Position numbers and translations under genes: made by a program
Notes under the pieces: model-generated
What the model was told of the DNA's origin: nothing
Database searches by the model: none
The model's input: only the letters and a program-made list of their open reading frames with translations
Part shown: positions 33,524 to 42,655 of the stretch, piece after piece
Position numbering within the stretch: the first letter of the stretch is position 1
Layout of the letters: the number at the start of each line of letters is the position of its first letter
Assembly (NCBI GenBank): GCA_051657715.1
Contig: JBOFLF010000015.1
Location: 13,962-77,961 of the forward strand
DNA from: Angustibacter sp.
GTDB lineage: Bacteria > Actinomycetota > Actinomycetes > Actinomycetales > Angustibacteraceae
Direction of reading: 5' to 3'
DNA: 64,000 bases

Positions 33524-33918
33524 TCGTTCTTGACGCGTCAGCCGTCGTCGACGTCGTGTTGGACCAACCGCACGGCAGCTGGGTGCTCGATCAGCTCGCG
33601 GCGGATACCGATGTCGTCGCCCCTGCTCACCAGACAGCTGAAGTCCTGTCCGCGATCGCTCGGGTGGTTCGCACCGACAGGATGACCGCACGGGCCGGGG
33701 CCGCGGCGCTCGCTGACGCTGGCGCGCTCGCGCAGCACCTCGTCCAGCCCTCCCGCGCCCACGTTCGTCGGGCATTCGAATTACGCGGGCGGATCCGGGT
33801 CGTGGACGGCCTCTACGTGGCACTCGCCGAGGAGCTGGCATGTCCGTTGATCACCACCGACCGACGTCTTGAGCGCAGTTCCCCCCCGTGCGCCGTCAGG
33901 TCTCCGGTCGATGCCTGA
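33520..33918 (+). CDS. vapC: PIN-domain toxin (VapC-like)
   Basis: 132 aa. MIVLDASAVVDVV... and the C-terminal ..LITTDRRL motif typical of VapC. Confidence 0.8.
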   Translation: MIVLDASAVVDVVLDQPHGSWVLDQLAADTDVVAPAHQTAEVLSAIARVVRTDRMTARAGAAALADAGALAQHLVQPSRAHVRRAFELRGRIRVVDGLYVALAEELACPLITTDRRLERSSPPCAVRSPVDA

Positions 33919-34009
33919 CGCTCTCTCGACGAGAGACCGTTCACGCTCCGGCCATCGCCGTACAGGTCGGCCAGCAGGGCCATCGCCGCCACCGCACTAA
34001 CCTGGGCAG

Positions 34010-35440
34010 GTGAGCGGCACGTCGACCAAGGTGTTCATCGCCAGGCTGTCCGGCCTGGCGGTGTTCGACCCGTTGGGCGATCAGGTGGGCCGGGTCCGCG
34101 ATGTGGTGGTGGTGTTCCGCGCCGGCCGCCTCGCCCCGCTGGTGGTGGGACTGGTCGTGGAGGTTCCTGGTCGACGCCGGGTGTTCCTGCCGATGACCCG
34201 GGTGACCAGCCTCGACGCGGGGCAGGTGATCAGCACGGGGGTGGTGAACCTGCGCCGGTTCGAGCAGCGCCCGTCGGAGACGCTGGTGCTCGCTGAGGTC
34301 CTGGATCGCCGGGTGTCGATGCGGGACGGCACCGGCGACGTCGTGGTGGAGGACGTCGCGATGACCCAGCAGCGGGGGCGCGACTGGGTGGTCGGCAAGC
34401 TCTACGTCCGCCGAGCGCAGCCGACGGAAGGCCGGGGGCGGGTGCACCGGCTGCGACCCCGCTTGGGCACCCGGATCCGCGGCCGTGGCGAAGCGCTGCT
34501 GGTGGACCACGACGCGGTGACCGGCCTGTCGGTGGACACCGGCCGGCAGGGCGCCGCCCGGTTGCTGGCCACGTTCACGTCGTTGAAGGCCGCCGACATC
34601 GCCGACATCCTGCACGACCTGCCCCCGAAACGCCGGGTGGAGGTCGCCACCGGGCTGGACGACGAGAAGCTCGCCGACGTCCTGGAAGAGCTGCCGGAGG
34701 ACGACCAGGTGCAGATCCTCACCCAGCTGGCCACGGACCGCGCGGCGGACGTCCTGGAGGCGATGCAGCCGGACGACGCCACCGACCTGCTCGCCGAGCT
34801 GCCCGCGGACAAGGCCGAGCAGCTGCTGCAGCTGATGGAGCCCGAGGAGGCCGCGCCCCTGCGCCGGCTGCTCAGCTACGACGACGACACCGCGGGCGGG
34901 CTGATGACCTCCAACCCGGTGATCCTGGGTCCCGAGGCCACGGTCGCCCAGGCGCTCGCGGACGTACGCCGGGCCGAGCTGAGCCCGGCGCTGGCGGCCA
35001 GCGTGTTCGTCTGCCGGCCGCCGCTGGAGACACCGACCGGCCGGTACCTGGGCCTGGTGCACATCCAGCGCCTGCTGCGCGAACCGCCGCACGCCGCGGT
35101 GGGCGGCTTCGTCGACACCGACATCGAACCGCTGCCGCCGGACGCCGACGTGGACCAGGTCACCCGGCTGCTGGCCACCTACAACCTGGTCGGCGCGCCG
35201 GTCGTCGACCAGGACGGCCACCTGCTCGGCGCGGTCACCGTGGACGACCTGCTCGACCACCTGTTGCCGGACGACTGGCGGGCCGGCGACGACGACGCCC
35301 TCGGGCTGGTCCCGCCCACCCGCCGAAGCCCGGCTCTGCCCATCCGCGAGAACCCGGCCTCCGCTGCCGAGTCCGGACCAGCTGCGGCCCGCTCGGACGC
35401 AGCCGCTACCAGGACTCGAGGGGGTCGTCGTGGCACGTGA
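34010..35440 (+). CDS. PRC-barrel / MgtE N-terminal domain / CBS-pair protein (no transporter domain)
   Basis: 476 aa. The MgtE_N-like acidic helical region (ADILHDLPPKRRVEVATGLDDEKLADVLEELPEDDQVQIL) is followed by a CBS pair (..LMTSNPVILGPEATVAQAL.., ..VVDQDGHLLGAVTVDDLLD). I recall Rv1232c-type proteins sharing this layout. Confidence 0.8.
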   Translation: MSGTSTKVFIARLSGLAVFDPLGDQVGRVRDVVVVFRAGRLAPLVVGLVVEVPGRRRVFLPMTRVTSLDAGQVISTGVVNLRRFEQRPSETLVLAEVLDRRVSMRDGTGDVVVEDVAMTQQRGRDWVVGKLYVRRAQPTEGRGRVHRLRPRLGTRIRGRGEALLVDHDAVTGLSVDTGRQGAARLLATFTSLKAADIADILHDLPPKRRVEVATGLDDEKLADVLEELPEDDQVQILTQLATDRAADVLEAMQPDDATDLLAELPADKAEQLLQLMEPEEAAPLRRLLSYDDDTAGGLMTSNPVILGPEATVAQALADVRRAELSPALAASVFVCRPPLETPTGRYLGLVHIQRLLREPPHAAVGGFVDTDIEPLPPDADVDQVTRLLATYNLVGAPVVDQDGHLLGAVTVDDLLDHLLPDDWRAGDDDALGLVPPTRRSPALPIRENPASAAESGPAAARSDAAATRTRGGRRGT

Positions 35441-35942
35441 CCCGCGCCGGGCGCCACGGCTGGACCAGCCGCGGGAGGTGCGGCGGACCCTGATCACCAC
35501 TCCGCGGGTCGACCCGGAGGCGTTCGGTCGGTGGTCCGAGCGGTTCGCCCGGTTCCTCGGCACCGCCCGGTTCCTGGTCTACATGACCGGCTTCATCGGT
35601 GTCTGGCTGGCCTGGAACACCCTGGCGCCGGCGGACGCCCAGTTCGACCCGTACACCTTCACCTTCCTCACCATGCTGCTGTCCCTGCAGGCCTCGTACG
35701 CCGCGCCGCTGATCCTGCTGGCCCAGAACCGCCAGGCAGACCGGGACCGGGTGACCAGCGAGCAGGACCGAGCCCAGAACGAGCGGGCGCTCGCCGACAC
35801 CGAGTACCTCACCCGGGAGGTCGCCGCCCTGCGCCTGGCGTTGGCGGACGTCGCCACCCGAGACTTCGTCCGCTCCGAGCTGCGCGCCATGCTGGACGAG
35901 CTGGACGCCCGGACCGAGCAGGCCGCTGACTCGCCACCGTGA
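35430..35942 (+). CDS. DUF1003 membrane protein
   Basis: 170 aa. FGRWSERFARFLGT..F....TGFI..W...N...........DPYPF-like block (here DPYTFTFLTMLLSLQASYAAPLILLAQNRQADRDR). Overlaps the preceding gene by 11 nt. Confidence 0.8.
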   Translation: MARDPRRAPRLDQPREVRRTLITTPRVDPEAFGRWSERFARFLGTARFLVYMTGFIGVWLAWNTLAPADAQFDPYTFTFLTMLLSLQASYAAPLILLAQNRQADRDRVTSEQDRAQNERALADTEYLTREVAALRLALADVATRDFVRSELRAMLDELDARTEQAADSPP

Positions 35943-35976
35943 CCGACCGGGCCTAGAAGCTCGGCCGCATCACAGC

Positions 35977-36105
35977 TAGGACTTGCGCAGCAGGACGACG
36001 TCGCCGCGACGGACCACCACCCGGTAGCCGTGGTTCATCAGGTCCGCGACCTGGGCCACGGCTACCTCCGGCTTGGGGCCGTCGCAGGAGAACCGGACCA
36101 GCACG
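35977..36105 (-). CDS. possible unannotated 42-codon small ORF
   Basis: GTG..TAG ORF VLVRFSCDGPKPEVAVAQVADLMNHGYRVVVRRGDVVLLRKS. By my count 40 of 42 third positions are G/C. No obvious SD and no homology recognised. Confidence 0.3.
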
Positions 36106-36223
36106 GCGGGTACGTCTGGGCCGAAGCTGGCCCTGGCGGTCGTTTCCTCGTGCTGCTGCCGGCCGCCCAGGCCATTGACTGACAGGCCATCGACTGACCT
36201 GGACGCATCGACGTCGAAGCCAT

Positions 36224-38263
36224 TTGGCGGATCTTCCCGCGACTCAGGGCGCCGATAAACGGTGCATGTCGGGATCTCACCAGACCATCGCTAGCCAGCA
36301 CGTGCCCCGGCACGCGGTCACCCTCGATGCCCGACCGATCCCCGGCGGTGATCCCAGTCGGCGACGTCGATTGGGTGAGGTGTTGATCGACGAGCAGTTG
36401 CTCACCGACGAGCAGCTAGTGCACGCGCTCGCCGTCCAACGCTCAGCGCAGGGCAGCCGCAAGCGCCTCGGCCAGGTGGTCGCCGAGCTGGGCTATGCGT
36501 CCGAGAGCGAGATCGCCGAGGCTCTGGCTGCGCACCTGCAGCTGGAGTCGGTGGACCTGTCCTGGGTGATCCCGGCGGCGGACGTGGTGCGGCTGCTACC
36601 CCGCGCGGTGGCCGACCGGACCGGGGTGCTCCCGCTGGACCGGCACCCCGACGGCGGGCTGATCGTCGCCGCGTCCGACCCGACGAACGTGCTCGCGCTG
36701 GACGACGTGCGGATGTACACCAAGGCCAGCGAGCTCTACATCGTTGTCGCGCCGGAATCCCAGATCCGCGACCACCTGACCCGGGCATGGGCGTTGAACG
36801 CCGACGACTCCGAGGTCTCGCAGATCGCCGCGGACGTACCTGCCGAGGACGACGACCTCAGCGCCCAGGCGGATGCGGCCCTGTCCGCCACCACCACGGA
36901 CGACGCGCCGGTCGTGAAGCTGGTCAGCCAGGTGCTCATGGACGCCGCCCGCCTCGGCGCGTCCGACATCCACCTGGAGACCCAGCGGGACGGGCTGCGG
37001 ATCCGGTACCGGGTGGACGGGATGCTCCGGGACGTGATGACCGCGCCCAAGCGGATCAGCCCCTCCGTGGTGAGCCGGGTGAAGATCATGTCCGGCCTGG
37101 ACATCGCCGAGCGCCGGGTCCCGCAGGACGGCCGCAGCCGGATCATGGTGGACGGCACGGCGGTCGATGCCCGGGTCAGCACGCTGCCGGCGTTGCACGG
37201 GGAGAAGGTCGTCGTCCGGTTGCTAACCCGGTCCGCGCAGGTGCCGTCGCTGGACTCGCTCGGTTTCGAGCCGGCACAGCTGGAGCTGTTCCGCTCCGCG
37301 CTCGCGGTGCCGCAAGGGCTGGTGCTGATCACCGGGCCGACCGGCTCGGGTAAGACCAACACCCTGTACGCCGCGATCAGCGAGACGATGACGCCGGAGA
37401 AGAACATCGTCACCCTGGAGGATCCGGTCGAGGTGCAGCTGCCCGGCATCACCCAGGTCCAGGTGCACGTGAAGTCCGGGTTGACCTTCGACGCCGGGCT
37501 GCGCTCGATCCTGCGGCAGGACCCGGACATCGTGCTGCTCGGCGAGGTCCGGGACAGCGAGACCGCGGAGCTGGCCCTCAAGGCGTCGCTGACCGGCCAC
37601 CTGGTGCTCACCACGCTGCACACCAACTCCGCGGTGGCGGCGTTGACCCGCCTGGTGGACATGGGGGTCGAGCCGTTCCTGGTCGCCTCGTCGCTGACTG
37701 CGGCGATCGCCCAGCGGCTGGTCCGCAAACCCTGCGACGCCTGCGCCGTCGGGTACATCCCGGACGAGGACACCCTGGCGTTGCTGGGCCTGCGGATCGA
37801 GGACATCCTCGACGCGACCCCGCTCAGGGGCACCGGGTGCCCGGACTGCGGTGGCACCGGCTACCGCGGTCGCACCGCCGTCTACGAGATGCTCACCGTG
37901 GACACCGCGATGCGACAGGTGCTGATGGCCGGGGCCAGCGAGTCCGCGGTCGGTGCCCAGGCCCGCGCCGCCGGCATGCTCACTCTGCGCGGTGCCGCGC
38001 TGGAGAAGGCGAAGCGCGGCGAGACGACCTTCGAGGAAGCGGTCCGGGTCACCCACACCGACCACGCCTCCGGCCGGCACTGCCCGTCCTGTGAGCGCGG
38101 GATCCAGCACGACATGGTCGCGTGCCCGTGGTGCGGGGTGAGCGTGGACCACGGCTCCTGCTCGACCTGCTCCCGCCAGCTGGACCCGGACTGGCGGCTG
38201 TGCCCGTGGTGTCGGACCCCGGCCAGCTCGAGCAGCGCTCCCCTCACGCACGCCGTGCCCTGA
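36224..38263 (+). CDS. GspE/PilB-family secretion ATPase with MshEN-like N-domain and extra C-terminal double zinc ribbon
   Basis: Walker A GPTGSGKTN, Asp box NIVTLEDPVE, Walker B DIVLLGEVRD, His box LVLTTLHTNS, tetracysteine CDAC...CPDCGGTGY. N-terminal tandem RLGxxL...Q motifs. C-terminal CPSC..CPWC and CSTC..CPWC. Start may be the ATG at 36266. Confidence 0.9.
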   Translation: MADLPATQGADKRCMSGSHQTIASQHVPRHAVTLDARPIPGGDPSRRRRLGEVLIDEQLLTDEQLVHALAVQRSAQGSRKRLGQVVAELGYASESEIAEALAAHLQLESVDLSWVIPAADVVRLLPRAVADRTGVLPLDRHPDGGLIVAASDPTNVLALDDVRMYTKASELYIVVAPESQIRDHLTRAWALNADDSEVSQIAADVPAEDDDLSAQADAALSATTTDDAPVVKLVSQVLMDAARLGASDIHLETQRDGLRIRYRVDGMLRDVMTAPKRISPSVVSRVKIMSGLDIAERRVPQDGRSRIMVDGTAVDARVSTLPALHGEKVVVRLLTRSAQVPSLDSLGFEPAQLELFRSALAVPQGLVLITGPTGSGKTNTLYAAISETMTPEKNIVTLEDPVEVQLPGITQVQVHVKSGLTFDAGLRSILRQDPDIVLLGEVRDSETAELALKASLTGHLVLTTLHTNSAVAALTRLVDMGVEPFLVASSLTAAIAQRLVRKPCDACAVGYIPDEDTLALLGLRIEDILDATPLRGTGCPDCGGTGYRGRTAVYEMLTVDTAMRQVLMAGASESAVGAQARAAGMLTLRGAALEKAKRGETTFEEAVRVTHTDHASGRHCPSCERGIQHDMVACPWCGVSVDHGSCSTCSRQLDPDWRLCPWCRTPASSSSAPLTHAVP

Positions 38264-38297
38264 GGCCCGGCCTGACTGTGGGATCTAGCATCGACGT

Positions 38298-39431
38298 ATG
38301 CCGACCCCGACCGCAGACCTGATTCGTGCGGCCCTCGCCCGCGTCGACGATCCGGAGATCCGCCGTCCGATCACCGAGCTCGGCATGGTCAAGGACGTCG
38401 CGGTGGGCGCTGACGGCACCGTCCGGGTCGAGGTGCTGCTGACCATCGCGGGGTGCCCGATGAAGGACACCCTCACCCGAGACATCACCCGCGAGGTCGC
38501 CGCCCTCGACGGCGTCACCGACGTCGAGGTGGAGCTCGGGGTGATGAGCGCCGAACAACGCCAACGGTTGCGGGAGCTGCTGCGGGGTGACCAGGCCGAG
38601 CGCGAGGTGCCCTTCGCCCAGCCCGGATCGCTCACCCGAGTTTATGCGGTGGCCTCCGGCAAGGGCGGGGTCGGCAAGTCGTCGATCACGGTGAACCTGG
38701 CCGCGGCGATGGCCGCCGAGGGCCTGCGGGTGGGCGTCGTCGACGCCGACGTGTACGGGTTCTCGGTGCCCCGGATGCTCGGCGTCCAGCAGCGGCCGAC
38801 CCAGGTGGACGAGATGATCCTGCCCCCGGTGGCGCACGAGGTGAAGGTCATCTCGATCGGCATGTTCGTGCCGGGCAACCAACCGGTGGTCTGGCGAGGG
38901 CCGATGCTGCACCGGGCACTGCAGCAGTTCCTCGCCGACGTGTTCTGGGGCGACCTCGACATCCTCCTGCTCGACCTTCCGCCGGGAACGGGCGACATCG
39001 CGATCTCCACGGCGCAGCTGCTGCCGACCGCCGAGATCCTGGTGGTGACCACCCCGCAGCAGGCGGCGGCCGAGGTCGCCGAGCGTGCTGGGTCGATCGC
39101 GTTGCAGACCCGGCAGCAGATCGTCGGGGTGGTGGAGAACATGTCCTGGCTGGAGCAGCCGGACGGCTCCCGGCTGGAGCTGTTCGGCGCTGGCGGGGGG
39201 AGCGCCGTCGCCGAGGCGTTGACCAGGGCCGTCGGCGTCGATGTTCCACTACTTGGTCAGATACCGATCGACGTCGCGCTGCGGGCCAGTGGCGACATCG
39301 GGGATCCGGTGGTGCTGTCGCACCCGCAAGCACCGTCCGCGGTCGCCCTGAGCGCCGTGGCCCGAACCTTGAGCCGCCGAGCACGGGGTCTGGCCGGACG
39401 ATCGCTCAGCCTGACCCCGGTCGCCCACTGA
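38298..39431 (+). CDS. mrp: Mrp/ApbC-family Fe-S cluster carrier ATPase
   Basis: N-terminal DUF59-like domain (LARVDDPEIRRPITELGMVKDV) plus ParA-type deviant Walker A (ASGKGGVGKSS) and a CxxC-less Mrp core. 377 aa. Confidence 0.93.
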   Translation: MPTPTADLIRAALARVDDPEIRRPITELGMVKDVAVGADGTVRVEVLLTIAGCPMKDTLTRDITREVAALDGVTDVEVELGVMSAEQRQRLRELLRGDQAEREVPFAQPGSLTRVYAVASGKGGVGKSSITVNLAAAMAAEGLRVGVVDADVYGFSVPRMLGVQQRPTQVDEMILPPVAHEVKVISIGMFVPGNQPVVWRGPMLHRALQQFLADVFWGDLDILLLDLPPGTGDIAISTAQLLPTAEILVVTTPQQAAAEVAERAGSIALQTRQQIVGVVENMSWLEQPDGSRLELFGAGGGSAVAEALTRAVGVDVPLLGQIPIDVALRASGDIGDPVVLSHPQAPSAVALSAVARTLSRRARGLAGRSLSLTPVAH

Positions 39432-39571
39432 TCGCCCGCCGAGGACTGCAAGCCGCTTGAGCGACGCTGGGCTGAGTGGCGGATCCCCGCCACGTTCTTT
39501 CTCCAGGGCTGTCTCGGCGGCTGGGTCGTGCTGCACTGGCGTATCTGCAGACGACCAGGAAAGGAACCATC

Positions 39572-40237
39572 ATGGTGATGGTGAAGAAGTTACTCCCGGC
39601 ACTCATCGCGCTGGGAACGGGTGTGGGTCTCATCATCGGCCCTTCGGCAGCGGCCGCTACGCAGGCGGCACCATCCCCAGCGACGGCGCACCACCGTGGG
39701 ATATCGACAGCTGGCCCCGTACAGGTATCCAGTCACGGTGGGGTTGACGACGACGGCGTGCAGCTGGTGAAGGCTGTCTTGAAGAGCCAGGATCCGCGCA
39801 CGGCAGTGGCACGCTTGAATTCAGCGGCCCGGGTGACATTCCAGGCGGCACTGGATCGAGGGCTTCGCATCGAAAGCGGCCACGCTCTCGCGGGCGTGAA
39901 GCGGGCCGCCAGCCAACGGGCCGCTGGTTGCTGGAGCGATTACGAAACCTCCGGCATTACTTTCGCGGGCCTCGATATAGGTCGGATATGGATGCAACTC
40001 AATTGGTGCGGAAATGGCTCGGCGATAACCAGGTACAGCGCAACCCCGTACGGCTGCGTCGGTAGGAACGGGTTCAGCTGTACCGCGAATGCCACCCAAT
40101 TCCGCAACCTCGGTTGGGAGGTTCGAGCCTTGGGCACATACAGGTTCACCATCTCATGGGCATCAAGCACCAGATGTGCCCAGATCCGTGGCGGAGCTTC
40201 AGGCTTGTACTCCACGAGGATCAGCTGCGTTTTGTGA
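39572..40237 (+). CDS. secreted Cys-rich hypothetical protein with atypical codon usage
   Basis: AGGAAAGGA SD then ATG. Signal peptide MVMVKKLLPALIALGTGVGLIIGPSAAAA. Six Cys in the C-terminal half. Uses TTA, ATA x4, AGG x4 and AGA codons that I did not notice elsewhere in the window. Confidence 0.65.
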   Translation: MVMVKKLLPALIALGTGVGLIIGPSAAAATQAAPSPATAHHRGISTAGPVQVSSHGGVDDDGVQLVKAVLKSQDPRTAVARLNSAARVTFQAALDRGLRIESGHALAGVKRAASQRAAGCWSDYETSGITFAGLDIGRIWMQLNWCGNGSAITRYSATPYGCVGRNGFSCTANATQFRNLGWEVRALGTYRFTISWASSTRCAQIRGGASGLYSTRISCVL

Positions 40238-40444
40238 CAGCGTTCCCGAAGTGGCTGGCAGTCCTCGCTGGTCGCTGGTGAGCTGGGCCGCGGGGACCAT
40301 GCTGACAAGACCGCAGCTGCACCCCTCAAGGCAGCCAGGTGACGATCAGGTCGGCCAAGCGGCACCGACCGCCCGCCCGAGCGCTTCTGGTCCATCGGCT
40401 GGTGGTGCCGGTGCCACCCCGTCACACACTGGCCGTGGTGGTCG

Positions 40445-40921
40445 TCAGGTGGCGTCGGCGTCGAAGGCGTGCCGTACCCCGCCCGGTGCCTGACCTGGAC
40501 GCCGGTCAGCCTCGCCGTCCTGCTCTCGATCGGCGACCTCGTCCGTCACCGCAGTCGCGACGGTGTGGTCTGTCGCTCGTGAAGCGCGGCCGTTGCGGCC
40601 ACCAGCCGCGCCGTCTCGGCCGTCCTGCAGGCCCAGGGGGTCGTCGCGGATGCCGAGCGGGTCGTCGTCACCATCGAGAAGCGCCTCGCGGACGATCCGG
40701 CGCGGGTCGTAGCGGCGAGGGTCCAGCGCTTGCCAGTCGACGTCGTCGAAGTCCTCCCCCATCTCGGCGCGCACCTGCTCACGAGCCCGCGTGGCGAACA
40801 CCCGCAGCTCCCGTACCAGGCGAGCCAGCTGAGCGGCGTACTGCGGCAACCGCTCAGGCCCGAGTACGACGAGCGCCACGAGGATGAGGATCACGAACTC
40901 CCAGCCGTTGATGCTCGCCAT
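40445..40921 (-). CDS. tatB: Sec-independent protein translocase subunit TatB
   Basis: N-terminus ..GWEFVILILVALVVLGPERLP (Tat A/B signature) and C-terminal ..FDADAT like Mtb TatB. Position next to rseA-sigE. Confidence 0.85.
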   Translation of the reverse strand: MASINGWEFVILILVALVVLGPERLPQYAAQLARLVRELRVFATRAREQVRAEMGEDFDDVDWQALDPRRYDPRRIVREALLDGDDDPLGIRDDPLGLQDGRDGAAGGRNGRASRATDHTVATAVTDEVADREQDGEADRRPGQAPGGVRHAFDADAT

Positions 40922-41006
40922 CCCCTCATCATCCCTCAGACGCGGCGGCTGCGACCATGCCGCGTCATGGCGGCAACTTCCAGCCAGCTCACGAACTGCG
41001 GTTGGC

Positions 41007-41936
41007 TCAGCGCCCGTCCCGCGCGACGGCAGCCGGCCGCGTCGAGAATCCTGGTCGGGTCAGCGAACGTGGCGGTGTCGGATCCGGTAGAGCCGCCGTC
41101 CGGGGCAGCCACCACCTGGCGCGTGGTGCCACCGTTGCCTGCACCGGCACGGAGACGATGCCGATCGCCGCCGGGCGAGGTGATCGGCCCACCTCACCAG
41201 AACCAGCCACCTGGAACGGCGAACCAGACGATCCGAGAGCACCAGCAGTCACCGGGGCCACGGACCAGGCGCCACGGAACTCAGCGGACTGCCGATCGAT
41301 GGACGCCGCCGTCGTCGGTGCTGGACGCGACGCACCGAGGGCGAGCTCGGGCGCCAATCCCGAGCGCGGACCCGCAGGGGCTACCGGCGCCACCGAGCTG
41401 AGCAGGCTCACCGCGACCACACCGGCACCGAGCGCGCCGACCGCGACCGCCGCGACCGATCGGCGGACCCGGCGCCCAGTACTGGACCCGAGCCAAGCCG
41501 GGGGCGGTGCTAGCGACGCCCTGGCCGCGGCAGCTGGCCTGGCTGGCCGGCCGGCCACCTGCCGGAGAACGATCGGGTGGTCGAGCACCAACCGTCGCGT
41601 CCGCCACGACCCCGCTGGCGGCTCCTTGTGGTGGGCGGCGATCCGCGCGAAGGGTGCCGGCGCCATCCCTGGCCCGGCGGGTCGACGAAGGGGCACCGGG
41701 CCACCCGGCTCGGCCAGCAGCATGAGGTCGTCCAGCAGCCGCCGGGATGGCTCCGGGACGCCGGTGCCGTGCAGGGCGTGCCGGACCCGCTGCTCGGCCT
41801 GCAGCGCCATACGACACCTGACACACCCCAGGGTGTGCGCGAGCGCGCGAGCGCGCGCATCCGCTGGCATCGACCCGTCGGCCAACGCCGACACCCGCTT
41901 ACCCAAGCAAGGGCCATGAGACGACCACCGAGTCAC
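41007..41936 (-). CDS. membrane-anchored zinc-binding anti-sigma factor (RseA/ZAS-like)
   Basis: H-x3-C-x2-C motif (HTLGCVRC) near the N-terminus. One TM ([19 protein letters not shown]). Start overlaps the sigE stop (41933-41936). Confidence 0.75.
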   Translation of the reverse strand: MTRWSSHGPCLGKRVSALADGSMPADARARALAHTLGCVRCRMALQAEQRVRHALHGTGVPEPSRRLLDDLMLLAEPGGPVPLRRPAGPGMAPAPFARIAAHHKEPPAGSWRTRRLVLDHPIVLRQVAGRPARPAAAARASLAPPPAWLGSSTGRRVRRSVAAVAVGALGAGVVAVSLLSSVAPVAPAGPRSGLAPELALGASRPAPTTAASIDRQSAEFRGAWSVAPVTAGALGSSGSPFQVAGSGEVGRSPRPAAIGIVSVPVQATVAPRARWWLPRTAALPDPTPPRSLTRPGFSTRPAAVARDGR

Positions 41937-42655
41937 GATCGGCCCTCCGGGTCACCGGAGCAGCGACCATCCCGGACCCCCAGGCGCACTGGAGCGGTTC
42001 TCGGGGACCCTGCCGAGGTGATGTCGGTGCCCGGTCGGCGATGTGCCAACGCGGCACGCAACTGTGCTCGGCCTCGATGGATCCGCGACCGGACCGTCCC
42101 TAGCTTCACCCCCAGGGTGGCCGCGACCTCCTCGTAGCTGAACCCTTCGATGTCACACAGCACCACCGCCGCGCGGAACGCCGGGGCCAGCGAGTCCAGT
42201 GCCCGCTGCACGTCGTCGTCGAGGTGGGTGTCGTCGTACACCCGAGACGGGTCTGGTTCCCTGCCGACCAGCCGGTCGTGGGTCTCCGGCGGCAGGGTGT
42301 CGAACCGGACGCGCTTGCGGCGGCGCACTCCGTCGAGGAACAGGTTGGTGGTGATCCGGTGCAGCCACCCCTCGAACGTCCCCGGCCGGTAGGAGGACAA
42401 GCTCCGGAAGACCCGGACGAAGACCTCTTGGGTCAAGTCCTCCGCGTCGTGCGCGTTGCCGGTGAGCCGGTACGCCAGCCGGTACACCCGGGCCGAGTGG
42501 TCGGCGACGATCTGCTCCCAGCTCGGGGGTTGCCAGCCGGGCTCGGCGGCTGACTGGCCAGCTTGGTTGAAGGGCTGGCCTGGGCGGTCGGTGAGCGCCA
42601 GATCGGCGGCGGACGCTGAGGTTGCTGACTGGGACGCGTGCAGCATGGTGGTCAT
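41933..42655 (-). CDS. sigE: ECF sigma factor SigE
   Basis: Region 2 ([32 protein letters not shown]..) and region 4 ([37 protein letters not shown]). ATG at 42655 follows a GGAG-rich stretch; the ORF is open to 42718. Confidence 0.9.
   Translation of the reverse strand: MTTMLHASQSATSASAADLALTDRPGQPFNQAGQSAAEPGWQPPSWEQIVADHSARVYRLAYRLTGNAHDAEDLTQEVFVRVFRSLSSYRPGTFEGWLHRITTNLFLDGVRRRKRVRFDTLPPETHDRLVGREPDPSRVYDDTHLDDDVQRALDSLAPAFRAAVVLCDIEGFSYEEVAATLGVKLGTVRSRIHRGRAQLRAALAHRRPGTDITSAGSPRTAPVRLGVRDGRCSGDPEGRS

Noticed and set aside
39940-40425. 161-aa minus-strand ORF antisense to the secreted Cys-rich gene, with a fairly protein-like translation.
   Set aside because: The region is AT-richer, so antisense frames look less junk-like. 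The plus-strand ORF has an SD, an ATG and a textbook signal peptide, whereas the minus ORF has none of these.
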